NCBI GenBank assembly: GCA_018882585.1
Contig: VFFB01000005.1
Span: 948 to 64,947 of the forward strand
DNA from: Candidatus Kapaibacterium sp.
GTDB taxonomy: Bacteria; Bacteroidota; Ignavibacteria; Kapaibacteriales; Kapaibacteriaceae
Reading direction: 5' to 3'
Length of the DNA stretch: 64,000 nucleotides
Shown here: positions 1-8,163 of the stretch, piece after piece
How positions within the stretch are numbered: the first letter of the stretch is position 1
How the letters are laid out: every line of letters starts with the position of its first letter
Position numbers and translations under genes: made by a program
The notes under the pieces: generated by a model
Databases searched by the model: none
What the model was told of the DNA's origin: nothing
The model's input: only the letters and a program-made list of their open reading frames with translations

Positions 1-2278
1 GCTTGAGGTCTTCCTGACGCGGCTGCTGTTCTGTCTGTTCGGCGACGACACGGGGATTTTTGGTCGAGATTCCTTTGTGAGCTTCCTCGAAACCAAGACC
101 CGCGAGGATGGCCTCGATGTTGGACCGCAGCTTTCGTTTCTGTTCCAGATTCTCAACACGCCTTACGAGAAGCGTCCAACGAATCTCGACGAAGAGCTGA
201 AGGCCTTTCCATACGTTAACGGTCAGCTCTTTGCCGAAGCGCTCCCAACGCCCCATTTCGACAGCGAGATGCGCAGGCGCCTGTTGGAATGCGCAAACTT
301 CAACTGGACGTTTGTTTCGCCCGCCGTCTTTGGTGCAATGTTTCAAGGGGTGATGAACGACGTTGAGCGCCGCAACCTTGGTGCGCACTACACAAGCGAG
401 AAGAACATTCTGAAGGTGGTGTCGGGGCTGTTCCTGGACGAGGTGGAAGAGGAGCTTCGCAATGCGCAGCACTCGGAACATCGTCTGCGCGCATTGCACG
501 AGCGCATCGCGAACATGCGATTCCTTGACCCCGCCTGCGGCTGTGGCAACTTCCTGATCGTGACATACAAAGAGCTTCGGCGAATCGAGATCGAAATCCT
601 TGTGCGACTCGAATCAATGGGCAAACTCTCCGGCAAGGGACAGATCTACACCGATGTCTCGGCGTTGTCACGTTTGTCCGTACACAGCATGTTCGGCATC
701 GAGCTCGAGGAGTTCCCTGCCCGCATCGCCGAGGTGGCCTTGTGGCTGATCGACCACATCATGAACGTCGAGCTTGCCAAGACCTTCGGCGGCTACTTCG
801 TACGTCTGCCGCTCACCGATGGCCCCACCATCAAGATCGCCGACGCCCTGGAAGTTGATTGGCGCAAGGACATCATCGATACGAACGCAAGTGCCGAGTG
901 GTTCATTCTTGGGAACCCGCCGTTCGTGGGTTCAAAGATGATGTCGGATGCGCAACGAACAGCCATCAAGCAGCTCTTTGGCGGAATCTCCGGCTCGGGC
1001 GTGATGGACTTTGTAACGGGCTGGTTTGTGAAAGCAGCACAGACCATTCAGGGAACACCGATACGATGTGCCTTCGTGAGCACCAACTCCATCTCACAGG
1101 GGGAACAAGTTGGAATCCTGTGGAAGCACCTCGTCCAGAAGTACGACATCAAGATCCACTTCGCACATCGCACGTTCCGCTGGTCGAACGAAGCAAAAGG
1201 CGTGGCGGCGGTGCATTGTGTGATTGTAGGGTTTGGATGTCAAGACGTGGCGCACAGATACTTGTTCGACTACGCCAACGTTACTGCAGCAGCAGCGAAG
1301 GCAGAGGTTCCTGCGATCAATGGGTACCTGACTGCCGGAGCACAGTTAGTGATTCTCTCGAGAAAGAAACCTCTCTCCGCTGTTCCAGAGATGATGAAGG
1401 GCAATCAGCCGACAGACGACGGGAATCTACTACTGAGTCCAGATGAGCGCACCTTATTGATAGGTCAAGATAGCAACCTAGAACAGTTTGTCCGTGAGTG
1501 CATAGGTTCTTATGAGTTCCTTAATGGCATGAAACGCTATTGTCTATGGCTTGTTAACGCGGGTCCAAGTGTTATTCGGTCTTCGCCATTGTTGATGGAG
1601 CGGGTCGAATCCGTCAAGCGGTTCAGATCGCAGAGCACGAAGGCTGCAACGCGCAAGAAGGCAAACATGCCAACATTGTTTGATGAGATACGACAACCGA
1701 TATCGAACTACTTGCTTGTCCCTTCTGTCTCATCCGAGAACAGGGAGTATATCCCGATGGGCTTTATGTCTCCAGATGTGATATCAACCAATCTGAACCT
1801 CATCGTCCCCGACGCCACACGCTACCACTTCGGCATTCTAACCTCCACCATGCACATGTCATGGGTGCGGTACGTGTGTGGACGCTTGAAGTCGGACTAT
1901 CGCTACTCGAAAGATCTCGTCTACAACAACTACCCTTGGCCCGAGCCCACCGACGCGCAACGCGAAAAGGTTGAAGCACTCGCGCAAGGCGTCCTCGACG
2001 CACGTGCCAACCATCCAACGTCAACCTTGGCAGACCTCTATCACCCAACCACCATGCCCCCTGACCTGCGCAAAGCACATGACGCACTCGACAAAGCTGT
2101 GGATCAGTGCTACCGTAAGGAGCCCTTCACATCAGAGCGTGAACGTGTAGAATACCTCTTTGACCTTTACCGGAAACCCACCGAAGGGTTTGGCGCGGAG
2201 GAGGCTGGGAGGAGGAAAGGAGGTGAGCGGATGCATCTCGGAACAAGCCTCCGACGCAACAGGAGTGGACGAGCGTGA
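1..2278 (+). CDS. MmeI-like Type IIL restriction-modification enzyme / N6-adenine DNA methyltransferase (5' end lies before the window)
   Basis: The frame is open from base 2 (LEVFLTRLLFCLFGDDTGIF, typical of the MmeI family). It contains GAHYTS, motif I FLDPACGCGNF, motif IV GNPPF, and C-terminal CGRLKSDYRYS / TLADLY / LRKAHDALDKAVD, all characteristic of MmeI-type enzymes. Confidence 0.9.
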   Translation, partial: LEVFLTRLLFCLFGDDTGIFGRDSFVSFLETKTREDGLDVGPQLSFLFQILNTPYEKRPTNLDEELKAFPYVNGQLFAEALPTPHFDSEMRRRLLECANFNWTFVSPAVFGAMFQGVMNDVERRNLGAHYTSEKNILKVVSGLFLDEVEEELRNAQHSEHRLRALHERIANMRFLDPACGCGNFLIVTYKELRRIEIEILVRLESMGKLSGKGQIYTDVSALSRLSVHSMFGIELEEFPARIAEVALWLIDHIMNVELAKTFGGYFVRLPLTDGPTIKIADALEVDWRKDIIDTNASAEWFILGNPPFVGSKMMSDAQRTAIKQLFGGISGSGVMDFVTGWFVKAAQTIQGTPIRCAFVSTNSISQGEQVGILWKHLVQKYDIKIHFAHRTFRWSNEAKGVAAVHCVIVGFGCQDVAHRYLFDYANVTAAAAKAEVPAINGYLTAGAQLVILSRKKPLSAVPEMMKGNQPTDDGNLLLSPDERTLLIGQDSNLEQFVRECIGSYEFLNGMKRYCLWLVNAGPSVIRSSPLLMERVESVKRFRSQSTKAATRKKANMPTLFDEIRQPISNYLLVPSVSSENREYIPMGFMSPDVISTNLNLIVPDATRYHFGILTSTMHMSWVRYVCGRLKSDYRYSKDLVYNNYPWPEPTDAQREKVEALAQGVLDARANHPTSTLADLYHPTTMPPDLRKAHDALDKAVDQCYRKEPFTSERERVEYLFDLYRKPTEGFGAEEAGRRKGGERMHLGTSLRRNRSGRA

Positions 2279-2313
2279 CAAAGGCTTGGTCGACCTGCTT
2301 GATGTGTTGGGTT

Positions 2314-2904
2314 TCAGGAACTCGGGTGAAGCGTCGTAGCAAGAATATGTCTATACGGCAATTGCCGAAGGAATAGCTGGACATCGTTGGGAGCGTCGCG
2401 AAGAACCGTCTGCACGCTGCCGAACCATTTCTTACGCTCATTAACCAGATATGCATTGTTGAGGCCAAGCATATCTCGTGTTTGATATGTCTGGTGCCGC
2501 TGTTGGCGGGTCAGGTCAGGGACTGGTTCAATTGTACCCTTATCGGACAGCCACCAGTGATTGTTGCAGCCCGGGCCCGGTTCGATTGGAAGTATTCCGT
2601 CCTTCTTCTTTTGACCGCAAGATTTGCTGTTGATGCAGCTGTGTGCATGGTTAGTGTATGTGAAGCAAAGCTGGGGATGAGAGCTTCTTGGCTTGATGTG
2701 TTCGAGCTGCCCTTCGTCACTCGCCAGCTTTCTTTCGCAATACACGCAAAGGCCTCCTTGATCAGTATTCAGCGAAGCTTTGACGGCTCTCTTGATGGCT
2801 TGAAATGAGGGTTGGTCGAAGTCGACAACGGATGCTTGGGGATTGGTGTTTTGGAAATTTGCTAGCTCGACTGGCGGTGGATCGCGGTGCTGTAACTCAA
2901 CCAT
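2314..2904 (-). CDS. ptuB: HNH endonuclease, PtuB / TIGR02646 (Septu or retron type I-A effector) family
   Basis: Starts MVELQHRDPPP. Contains QGGLCVYCER and LEHIKPRS..HPQLCFTYTNHAHSC..SCGQKK (CxxC-HNH) and C-terminal MLGLN..LV.ER. The start overlaps the ATPase stop (ATGGTTGA). Confidence 0.8.
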   Translation of the reverse strand: MVELQHRDPPPVELANFQNTNPQASVVDFDQPSFQAIKRAVKASLNTDQGGLCVYCERKLASDEGQLEHIKPRSSHPQLCFTYTNHAHSCINSKSCGQKKKDGILPIEPGPGCNNHWWLSDKGTIEPVPDLTRQQRHQTYQTRDMLGLNNAYLVNERKKWFGSVQTVLRDAPNDVQLFLRQLPYRHILATTLHPSS

Positions 2905-4279
2905 GTTCGACTCCATCGTTGGAGCTATGGCTGGCGAGGAATCTCCAGGCAGCCAAGTCACTTTCATGGTGCTGATACCCCGCTTCTTCGAGCTTCGTCC
3001 GCAGCAGTTGGGCTTGTTCAGTAAGCTCCTTTCCTGCACGTACTAGATACTCGAACAACCTGACCTGCTCCAGAAGCTGTAGTGGTGGCTCAGGATTCGT
3101 GTCCATCACTCTCGCTAGGGCATCGCCGGATTCGTGTGCCAATGGGCTGAAGTCAGGCGCATTTGCGCGGCAGCCGGAATCATCGCACTCCACAACACGA
3201 ATGCTTTCGCGAGGTACTGTTGAAAGGACCTGCGGACTGTGAGTAGTTACAATGAACTGCAGCTCTGGAAACGCCTTCGTTAGGCTTTGCAGTACGGTTT
3301 GCTGCCATGAGGGGTGCAGGTGCATGTCAACTTCGTCGATCAGAACTATACCCGGCGTCTGCGCTGCAGCCTGTGCACCTAGGTGTCCATTGAGCTTCGT
3401 TGCACGAAACGCAATGTCGGCAACCATCCCTATCATGTTGCGGATGCCGTCACTGAGAAGCGAGATCGGCAGTTCACCGTATTCGTCGTGTTCTGCAACG
3501 AGTTCCTGTAACGCTGATGAATAGTCTATGTTTTTCCATCCAGCGGGAGCGAGGCAGATATTGACGGCCCGAATGACAGACGACACATAGCCATCAAATT
3601 CCGTTGGTTCGTAATCTCGGCCTTGTTTGCGGGCCGCATTGTGTTCACGACTAATGTTGTCGTTCCAATAGGCAAACCACTCCACAAACGACTTGAAACT
3701 GGATGCTGGATCCAGACAATCGCGATAGCCAATCGTTCGCGACGAACGCGTGAGTTTTCGCCTCGTAAGCTTCTTTTGCTGCCACAGTCGCCCCGTACCG
3801 TAGTATGCCACCAGTGGCAACACCACATTCATTCCGGGAGTCCTGACAGCTGCCTGCAGGTCCTTTCCGATATCAATGAGTTTCTTCGCTTCCTTGATTG
3901 TCGTCTTCGTCTTCACCGGGCCCGTCAGTCGGCGGCTCCATGTAACAACCTTTGTGCCGACATCCTTCCCCACCCCATCGAATTGAAAGCAACCGGTAGC
4001 TTCAAGACCGACACCATTAACTGCATATTCCATCTCCTTCGAGGCAGTGCTCCGAATCGCAGTTTGTCGGATATCAGTCGAATGAAAATGCTTGCCAACG
4101 CTCTCGTCAAACGCTCCGATGAAAGGGCCAAGGGCAATTCCAACAGCATCAAGTATTGCTGTCTTGCCAGCACCGTTGGCTGCAACAATCACTGTAAGCT
4201 TTTCATGGAACTCTATCTCAAGTGAGGGAAAACAGCGATAGTCCGTCACCTTAAGTTGTTGTAGACGAAATGTTGTCAT
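2897..4279 (-). CDS. ptuA: ABC/SMC-like AAA ATPase, PtuA (Septu / retron I-A) family
   Basis: GGAGG precedes ATG at 4279. Walker A AANGAGKT, LVAYYGTGRLW, signature LSDG, Walker B LIDEVDMHLHPSWQ, H-loop FIVTTHSPQV. Translationally coupled to the HNH gene. Confidence 0.85.
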   Translation of the reverse strand: MTTFRLQQLKVTDYRCFPSLEIEFHEKLTVIVAANGAGKTAILDAVGIALGPFIGAFDESVGKHFHSTDIRQTAIRSTASKEMEYAVNGVGLEATGCFQFDGVGKDVGTKVVTWSRRLTGPVKTKTTIKEAKKLIDIGKDLQAAVRTPGMNVVLPLVAYYGTGRLWQQKKLTRRKLTRSSRTIGYRDCLDPASSFKSFVEWFAYWNDNISREHNAARKQGRDYEPTEFDGYVSSVIRAVNICLAPAGWKNIDYSSALQELVAEHDEYGELPISLLSDGIRNMIGMVADIAFRATKLNGHLGAQAAAQTPGIVLIDEVDMHLHPSWQQTVLQSLTKAFPELQFIVTTHSPQVLSTVPRESIRVVECDDSGCRANAPDFSPLAHESGDALARVMDTNPEPPLQLLEQVRLFEYLVRAGKELTEQAQLLRTKLEEAGYQHHESDLAAWRFLASHSSNDGVEHG

Positions 4280-4484
4280 GGGACCTCCGAAGAACGGCCA
4301 CGGTCGTGCAGGGGTTGAATTCCACGCGGAATCCGCACGACAAATGTGCAAAGAGGGTGACAACTTACTACGGCGCTTCATTTTGCTTGACATGCATTAC
4401 ATCAGTCAGTCACTGATGCTAACGTGTAGTTTTGAACGTGCTTGCACGCACGTGGTCAGACCCCGAGCGATTGAAAGGACACAA

Positions 4485-4799
4485 TGGTTCACCCGATGGC
4501 CAGCCGAGATAATGTCGTCGAGATTGTAGTTATCTACTTCTCGTGCAACCTGTCGTTTGCCCTCAGTTCGAACTATCCGGAATCTCAGGATAGCTGACGC
4601 ATCTGATAGTTCAACGCTGTCAACGTGCTTGGGCAAATACTCGTTCATGGTTCGAACATCCGGCCCGAACAGCTGCGCCATACGCCGCTGGTATTGCCAG
4701 AATATCCCGGCATCGTAGTGCACCTCGACACGCACTGAATCGTCGGCGGGGGCGGTTCAGGAATATGTCGGCATTACAGGTGGGATTGTCAGGCGTCAT
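4485..4799 (-). pseudogene. rhuM: RhuM-family (virulence RhuM / Fic-associated DNA-binding) N-terminal remnant, frameshifted and truncated
   Basis: MTPDNPTCNADIFL, then a frameshift to ..VRVEVHYDAGIFWQYQRRMAQLFGPDVRTMNEYL..ELSDASAILRFRIVRTEGKRQVAREVDNYNLDDIISAGHRVN. This matches the RhuM pattern W.TQ..MAELF.V...TI.EH..ELS...F....EG.R.V.R....YNLD.IIS.GYRVN. Similarity ends abruptly. Confidence 0.75.
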
Positions 4800-5101
4800 G
4801 CACGAGGATAGAAACACATGGAGACACGGCAAACCACAAATTGATGACGCAGATTTCTGCGTTTGCGCATGGCCAGTTCGAGTTGATGAAGGAGTGAAGC
4901 CGACGGGCTCGCGTCCGAAGCAGGCTTCGTTACCGCCCACCCGATGCCTGATCCCTTCACGCCCAACGTATGAACCTTGATGCCGTGGCCTTATGCGGAG
5001 CGGACGACGCAATTACTCCACGCGAGATGCTGGATGACCTCGACCTTCAGCACGACGTTTTGCGCTTTGCCGAAAGGCATGGAATCGTGCGCATGCATAC
5101 C

Positions 5102-5360
5102 GTAGGTCCGCGGCATGCCGCGCCTCCAACGTATTGGGTACGTCGATCGATTCACGCGCGTCCGCGCGGAATTGCACGCGTTCAGACATAGTAGCCCACG
5201 GCCTCAGCCGTGGGTCCGAATGAACGGCAATGCGCCGTGGGTGCGAACAAACCATCAACGCATTCCATCGACGCCGTAGGGGCGCGGCATGCCGCGCCCG
5301 CACCAACGCATTTGCACACACGCGAGCCCACGGCTGAGGCCGTGGGCTAATATCGGTCGA
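5102..5360. repeat. REP/BIME-like cluster (left): REP-A GTAGGGGCGCGGCATGCCGCGCCC and REP-B TAGCCCACGGCCTCAGCCGTGGG
   Basis: Degenerate REP-A at ~5102-5125, REP-B forward 5192-5214, REP-A 5276-5299, REP-B reverse 5327-5349. Confidence 0.85.
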
Positions 5361-5503
5361 TGTCCGAATGACCGTGAGTTTGTATTGATTGGAGCGAACG
5401 ATCCCTCATTGGAGTGCGAATTGGGAAAGCACAAGCCGTAGGTTCGGCAGCGACAAGTATCTTCCACTCCTATTGGAGACCTTGTGTTCAGGAGTTGCGA
5501 CCA

Positions 5504-6874
5504 ATGGCAAACAAATCCCTCAAGCAGCGGATATCGGATCTCTCACATGATGAGCTTCTTTCGGTTGTTGTCGCTGCCATGGAATCTGAACCCAGCGTAC
5601 GCAAGCTCTTTGCACACCTGACGTCATCCCGTAACGAGCGCATCGCTGCGATCAAAGGCGATATTTCCAAACTCGGCGCCTACGGCGCAAAGGGCAGAGC
5701 CCAATCCTCTAAGCAGGTAGCCGCATCAATCTCCAGTCTGGCTGATCGCATCAATCGGGAATGTGGCGACGACGCCGAGCAGGCATTCATCCTACTTTCT
5801 CGTCTTCTTGCCACCGAGACGCAAATCAGGCTCCGCCGAAGTGACTCGTTCGACCCCATCATCAACGTTATGGCTGGCAAGGTAACCGATTCATTGGTAG
5901 GAGTCTCTCAGCGCCTGTCCAGTGCGGACGTGTTGACGGAGGGATTGGGGTTCCTTTTGGATGTCGGCCATTTCCGTGGAGTCGCGGCATTGTTCCGGCG
6001 CGCCGGTGCCGAGCTGCCCGATGAGACAGTCGACACGATTCTTGCACTGGTCGCCGCATCCACGGCCAAGGCGTCTGATATTAAACACGCAGATGAATTC
6101 GAAATGTACCACGGACTCGCCGGAATCATTCTCTCTTCCACCGGCAGGATCGAAGCGTTCCGGCGCCATGTCACTGTAAACGGCGTCATCAGTTCGTTGG
6201 ATCGCATCACTCTTGCCGAAATGTATCTCGACCATGGCAACTATAAAGGGGCAAGGGTACTCCTCGACGAGCTCTCCGCGACTGATTACCGATTGTTCGC
6301 GCGTGCACAAGCAGTGCTAGAGCGCTACCTGGGGGAATGCCCCGAGATGGCCGACTGCGAGGGGCTGATGCGCTCAATGATCGTAAAGCACAACAAGCAT
6401 CAGTTAGCTGCCCGGTTTCTGCAACTGTACGGTGATGATGCATATGCCAATCTTTTGGGATCGGTCATGCAATACATATGCACCGAACAAGAACCGGACA
6501 CTATAGATGCCAACATGCTGCATCTTCTTGTGCACGAAGGATACGGCGACGAGATCGCCGGCTATGTCGAAGGCAACTACGCCACCAGTCTCTCGCGCAA
6601 TAGCCACAGCCTGCAACCTTGGGTCGCTTTGGCCGAATCCTTGGCCAGTTGTGGTCATCCACGTCCGGCCGCACTCCTTTTTCGATTGATTGTCAATCGA
6701 CTGATGCTTGCAGGAGCCGATGCATACGATACGGCCGCGACACTGTTCAGCCGTGTCCAAGATCTATCACGTAACGTAGGTAACTGGGGGCCGCACGAAC
6801 AGCACAAGGACTTCATGATCAACTTCAGGCTGATGCATGCAAACAAGCGGAAGTTCTGGAGTCTGGTCGGTTGA
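5504..6874 (+). CDS. Uncharacterised all-helical protein, DUF6880-like
   Basis: AGGAG precedes ATG at 5504. N-terminal LKQRISDLSHDELLSVVV and C-terminal LAESL...HPRPAALLFRLIV....AYDTAA......HKDFMINFRLMHANKRKFWSLV resemble the DUF6880 family from memory. Confidence 0.6.
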   Translation: MANKSLKQRISDLSHDELLSVVVAAMESEPSVRKLFAHLTSSRNERIAAIKGDISKLGAYGAKGRAQSSKQVAASISSLADRINRECGDDAEQAFILLSRLLATETQIRLRRSDSFDPIINVMAGKVTDSLVGVSQRLSSADVLTEGLGFLLDVGHFRGVAALFRRAGAELPDETVDTILALVAASTAKASDIKHADEFEMYHGLAGIILSSTGRIEAFRRHVTVNGVISSLDRITLAEMYLDHGNYKGARVLLDELSATDYRLFARAQAVLERYLGECPEMADCEGLMRSMIVKHNKHQLAARFLQLYGDDAYANLLGSVMQYICTEQEPDTIDANMLHLLVHEGYGDEIAGYVEGNYATSLSRNSHSLQPWVALAESLASCGHPRPAALLFRLIVNRLMLAGADAYDTAATLFSRVQDLSRNVGNWGPHEQHKDFMINFRLMHANKRKFWSLVG

Positions 6875-6902
6875 GCGGGTCCACCAACACATTTCACCAT
6901 CC

Positions 6903-7586
6903 CCGTAGGGGCGCGGCATGCCGCGCCCGCACCAACGCATTTGCACACACGCGAGCCCACGGCTGAGGCCGTGGGCTAATATGGGTCGACGATCGATAGG
7001 CGGGACGTGGGATAATATGGGTCGACGTTGGAATGGCCGACCATTCGTTCAAACGTTGATGGCCGTTCCGCAACGATGTGATGCCATGCATCTCCGCCGT
7101 TCGCACCGGGTTCATCATACGTCGGCCCATCTTAGCCCACGGCCTCAGCCGTGGGTTCGAATGAACGGCAATGCGCCGTGGATGCGAAAGAACGGCATTG
7201 TGCCGTGGATGCAAACAAACCACCAACGCATTCCACCGTCTCAGCACGGGCGCGGCATGCCGCGCCCCTACATTATGTGGTACGTCGATCGAAATCAGGC
7301 GCATCCGCGCGTGCATACATGCGAACCCACGGCTGAGGCCGTGGGCTAATATGGGTCGACGTCGGAATGGCCGTGGGTTAACATGGGTCAACGATCGATA
7401 GGCGGGACGTTCGTTTCAACGTTTAATGCCGGTCCGCAATGGTGCAATGCATGTCCGTCGTTCCCATCGGGCACATCATGCGTCGGCCTATAGTAGCCCA
7501 CGGCCTCAGCCGTGGGTGCGAATGAACGGCATTAGCCCACGGCCTCAGCCGTGGGTTCACGTGGGTTTACGTGGGTTTACGTGGGT
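6903..7586. repeat. REP/BIME-like mosaic (right) ending in a 10-bp tandem GTGGGTT(C/T)AC repeat
   Basis: REP-A 6905-6928, REP-B reverse 6956-6978, REP-B forward 7133-7155, REP-A reverse 7248-7271, REP-B reverse 7326-7348, REP-B forward 7494-7516 and 7533-7555, then GTGGGTT(C/T)AC repeats over ~7551-7586. The linker modules are also repeated. Confidence 0.9.
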
Positions 7587-7603
7587 GCGGAAATAGATTG
7601 GCG

Positions 7604-7611
7604 TAGTTTTG
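7604..7611 (+). promoter_or_regulatory. Bacteroidota-type -7 promoter element upstream of bcp
   Basis: TAGTTTTG matches the TAnnTTTG consensus, 76 nt before the bcp start. Confidence 0.45.
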
Positions 7612-7686
7612 CAGCGGCTGAACGCAACGCGGGCGGACGACGTTTGGCGTCCGACACGGTAGTTTCACCTTTAGCACGGACAAGAC

Positions 7687-8163
7687 ATGGCACTGGCCGA
7701 AGGAAGCAAGGCGCCGGCCTTTACGGCGGCAACAGACGGAAATGGATCGTTCTCTCTTGCCAAGACCAAGGGGTCGTGGCTGGTGCTGTACTTCTATCCG
7801 AAGGACGACACCAGCGGCTGCACGGCCGAGGCTTGCGGCTTCCGCGATACGATGCAGGACATCACGGCCATGGGCGTGACCGTCGTTGGCGTGTCGCCCG
7901 ATGCACCCAAGAAGCACGATGCCTTCAAGAAGAAGTATGATCTGAACTTCACCCTGGTGTCCGACGAAGACCACAGCGTCTGCGAAGCATATGACACCTG
8001 GAAGGAAAAGTCGATGTACGGCCGCAAGTACATGGGCGTTGAGCGCACGACGTACATCATCAACCCGCAAGGGAAGATCGCCGCGACCTTCGCCAAGGTG
8101 AGCGTTCCCGGCCACGTCGACGCCGTGATGGCGCGACTGCAGGAACTCGGCGCCGGCGCATGA
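7687..8163 (+). CDS. bcp: Thioredoxin-dependent thiol peroxidase (Bcp/PrxQ)
   Basis: VLYFYPKDDTSGCTAEACGFRD; KSMYGRKYMGVERTTYII. Confidence 0.95.
   Translation: MALAEGSKAPAFTAATDGNGSFSLAKTKGSWLVLYFYPKDDTSGCTAEACGFRDTMQDITAMGVTVVGVSPDAPKKHDAFKKKYDLNFTLVSDEDHSVCEAYDTWKEKSMYGRKYMGVERTTYIINPQGKIAATFAKVSVPGHVDAVMARLQELGAGA

Noticed and set aside
4280-5100. Retron (msr-msd + RT) upstream of ptuAB
   Set aside because: No ORF with RT motifs (YADD/VTG) lies here. Only a short inverted repeat (CATCAGT..ACTGATG, ~4399-4417) is visible, which is insufficient for an msr-msd call.
4970-5467. Short ORFs over the left repeat cluster (and 6894-7401 on the right)
   Set aside because: They are translations of palindromic repeats (e.g. 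ARHAAP, PRLRPW) with no family motifs.
5102-7586. CRISPR array
   Set aside because: The repeats alternate in orientation, spacing is irregular, the linkers are themselves repeated, and no cas genes are present. The pattern fits REP/BIME.
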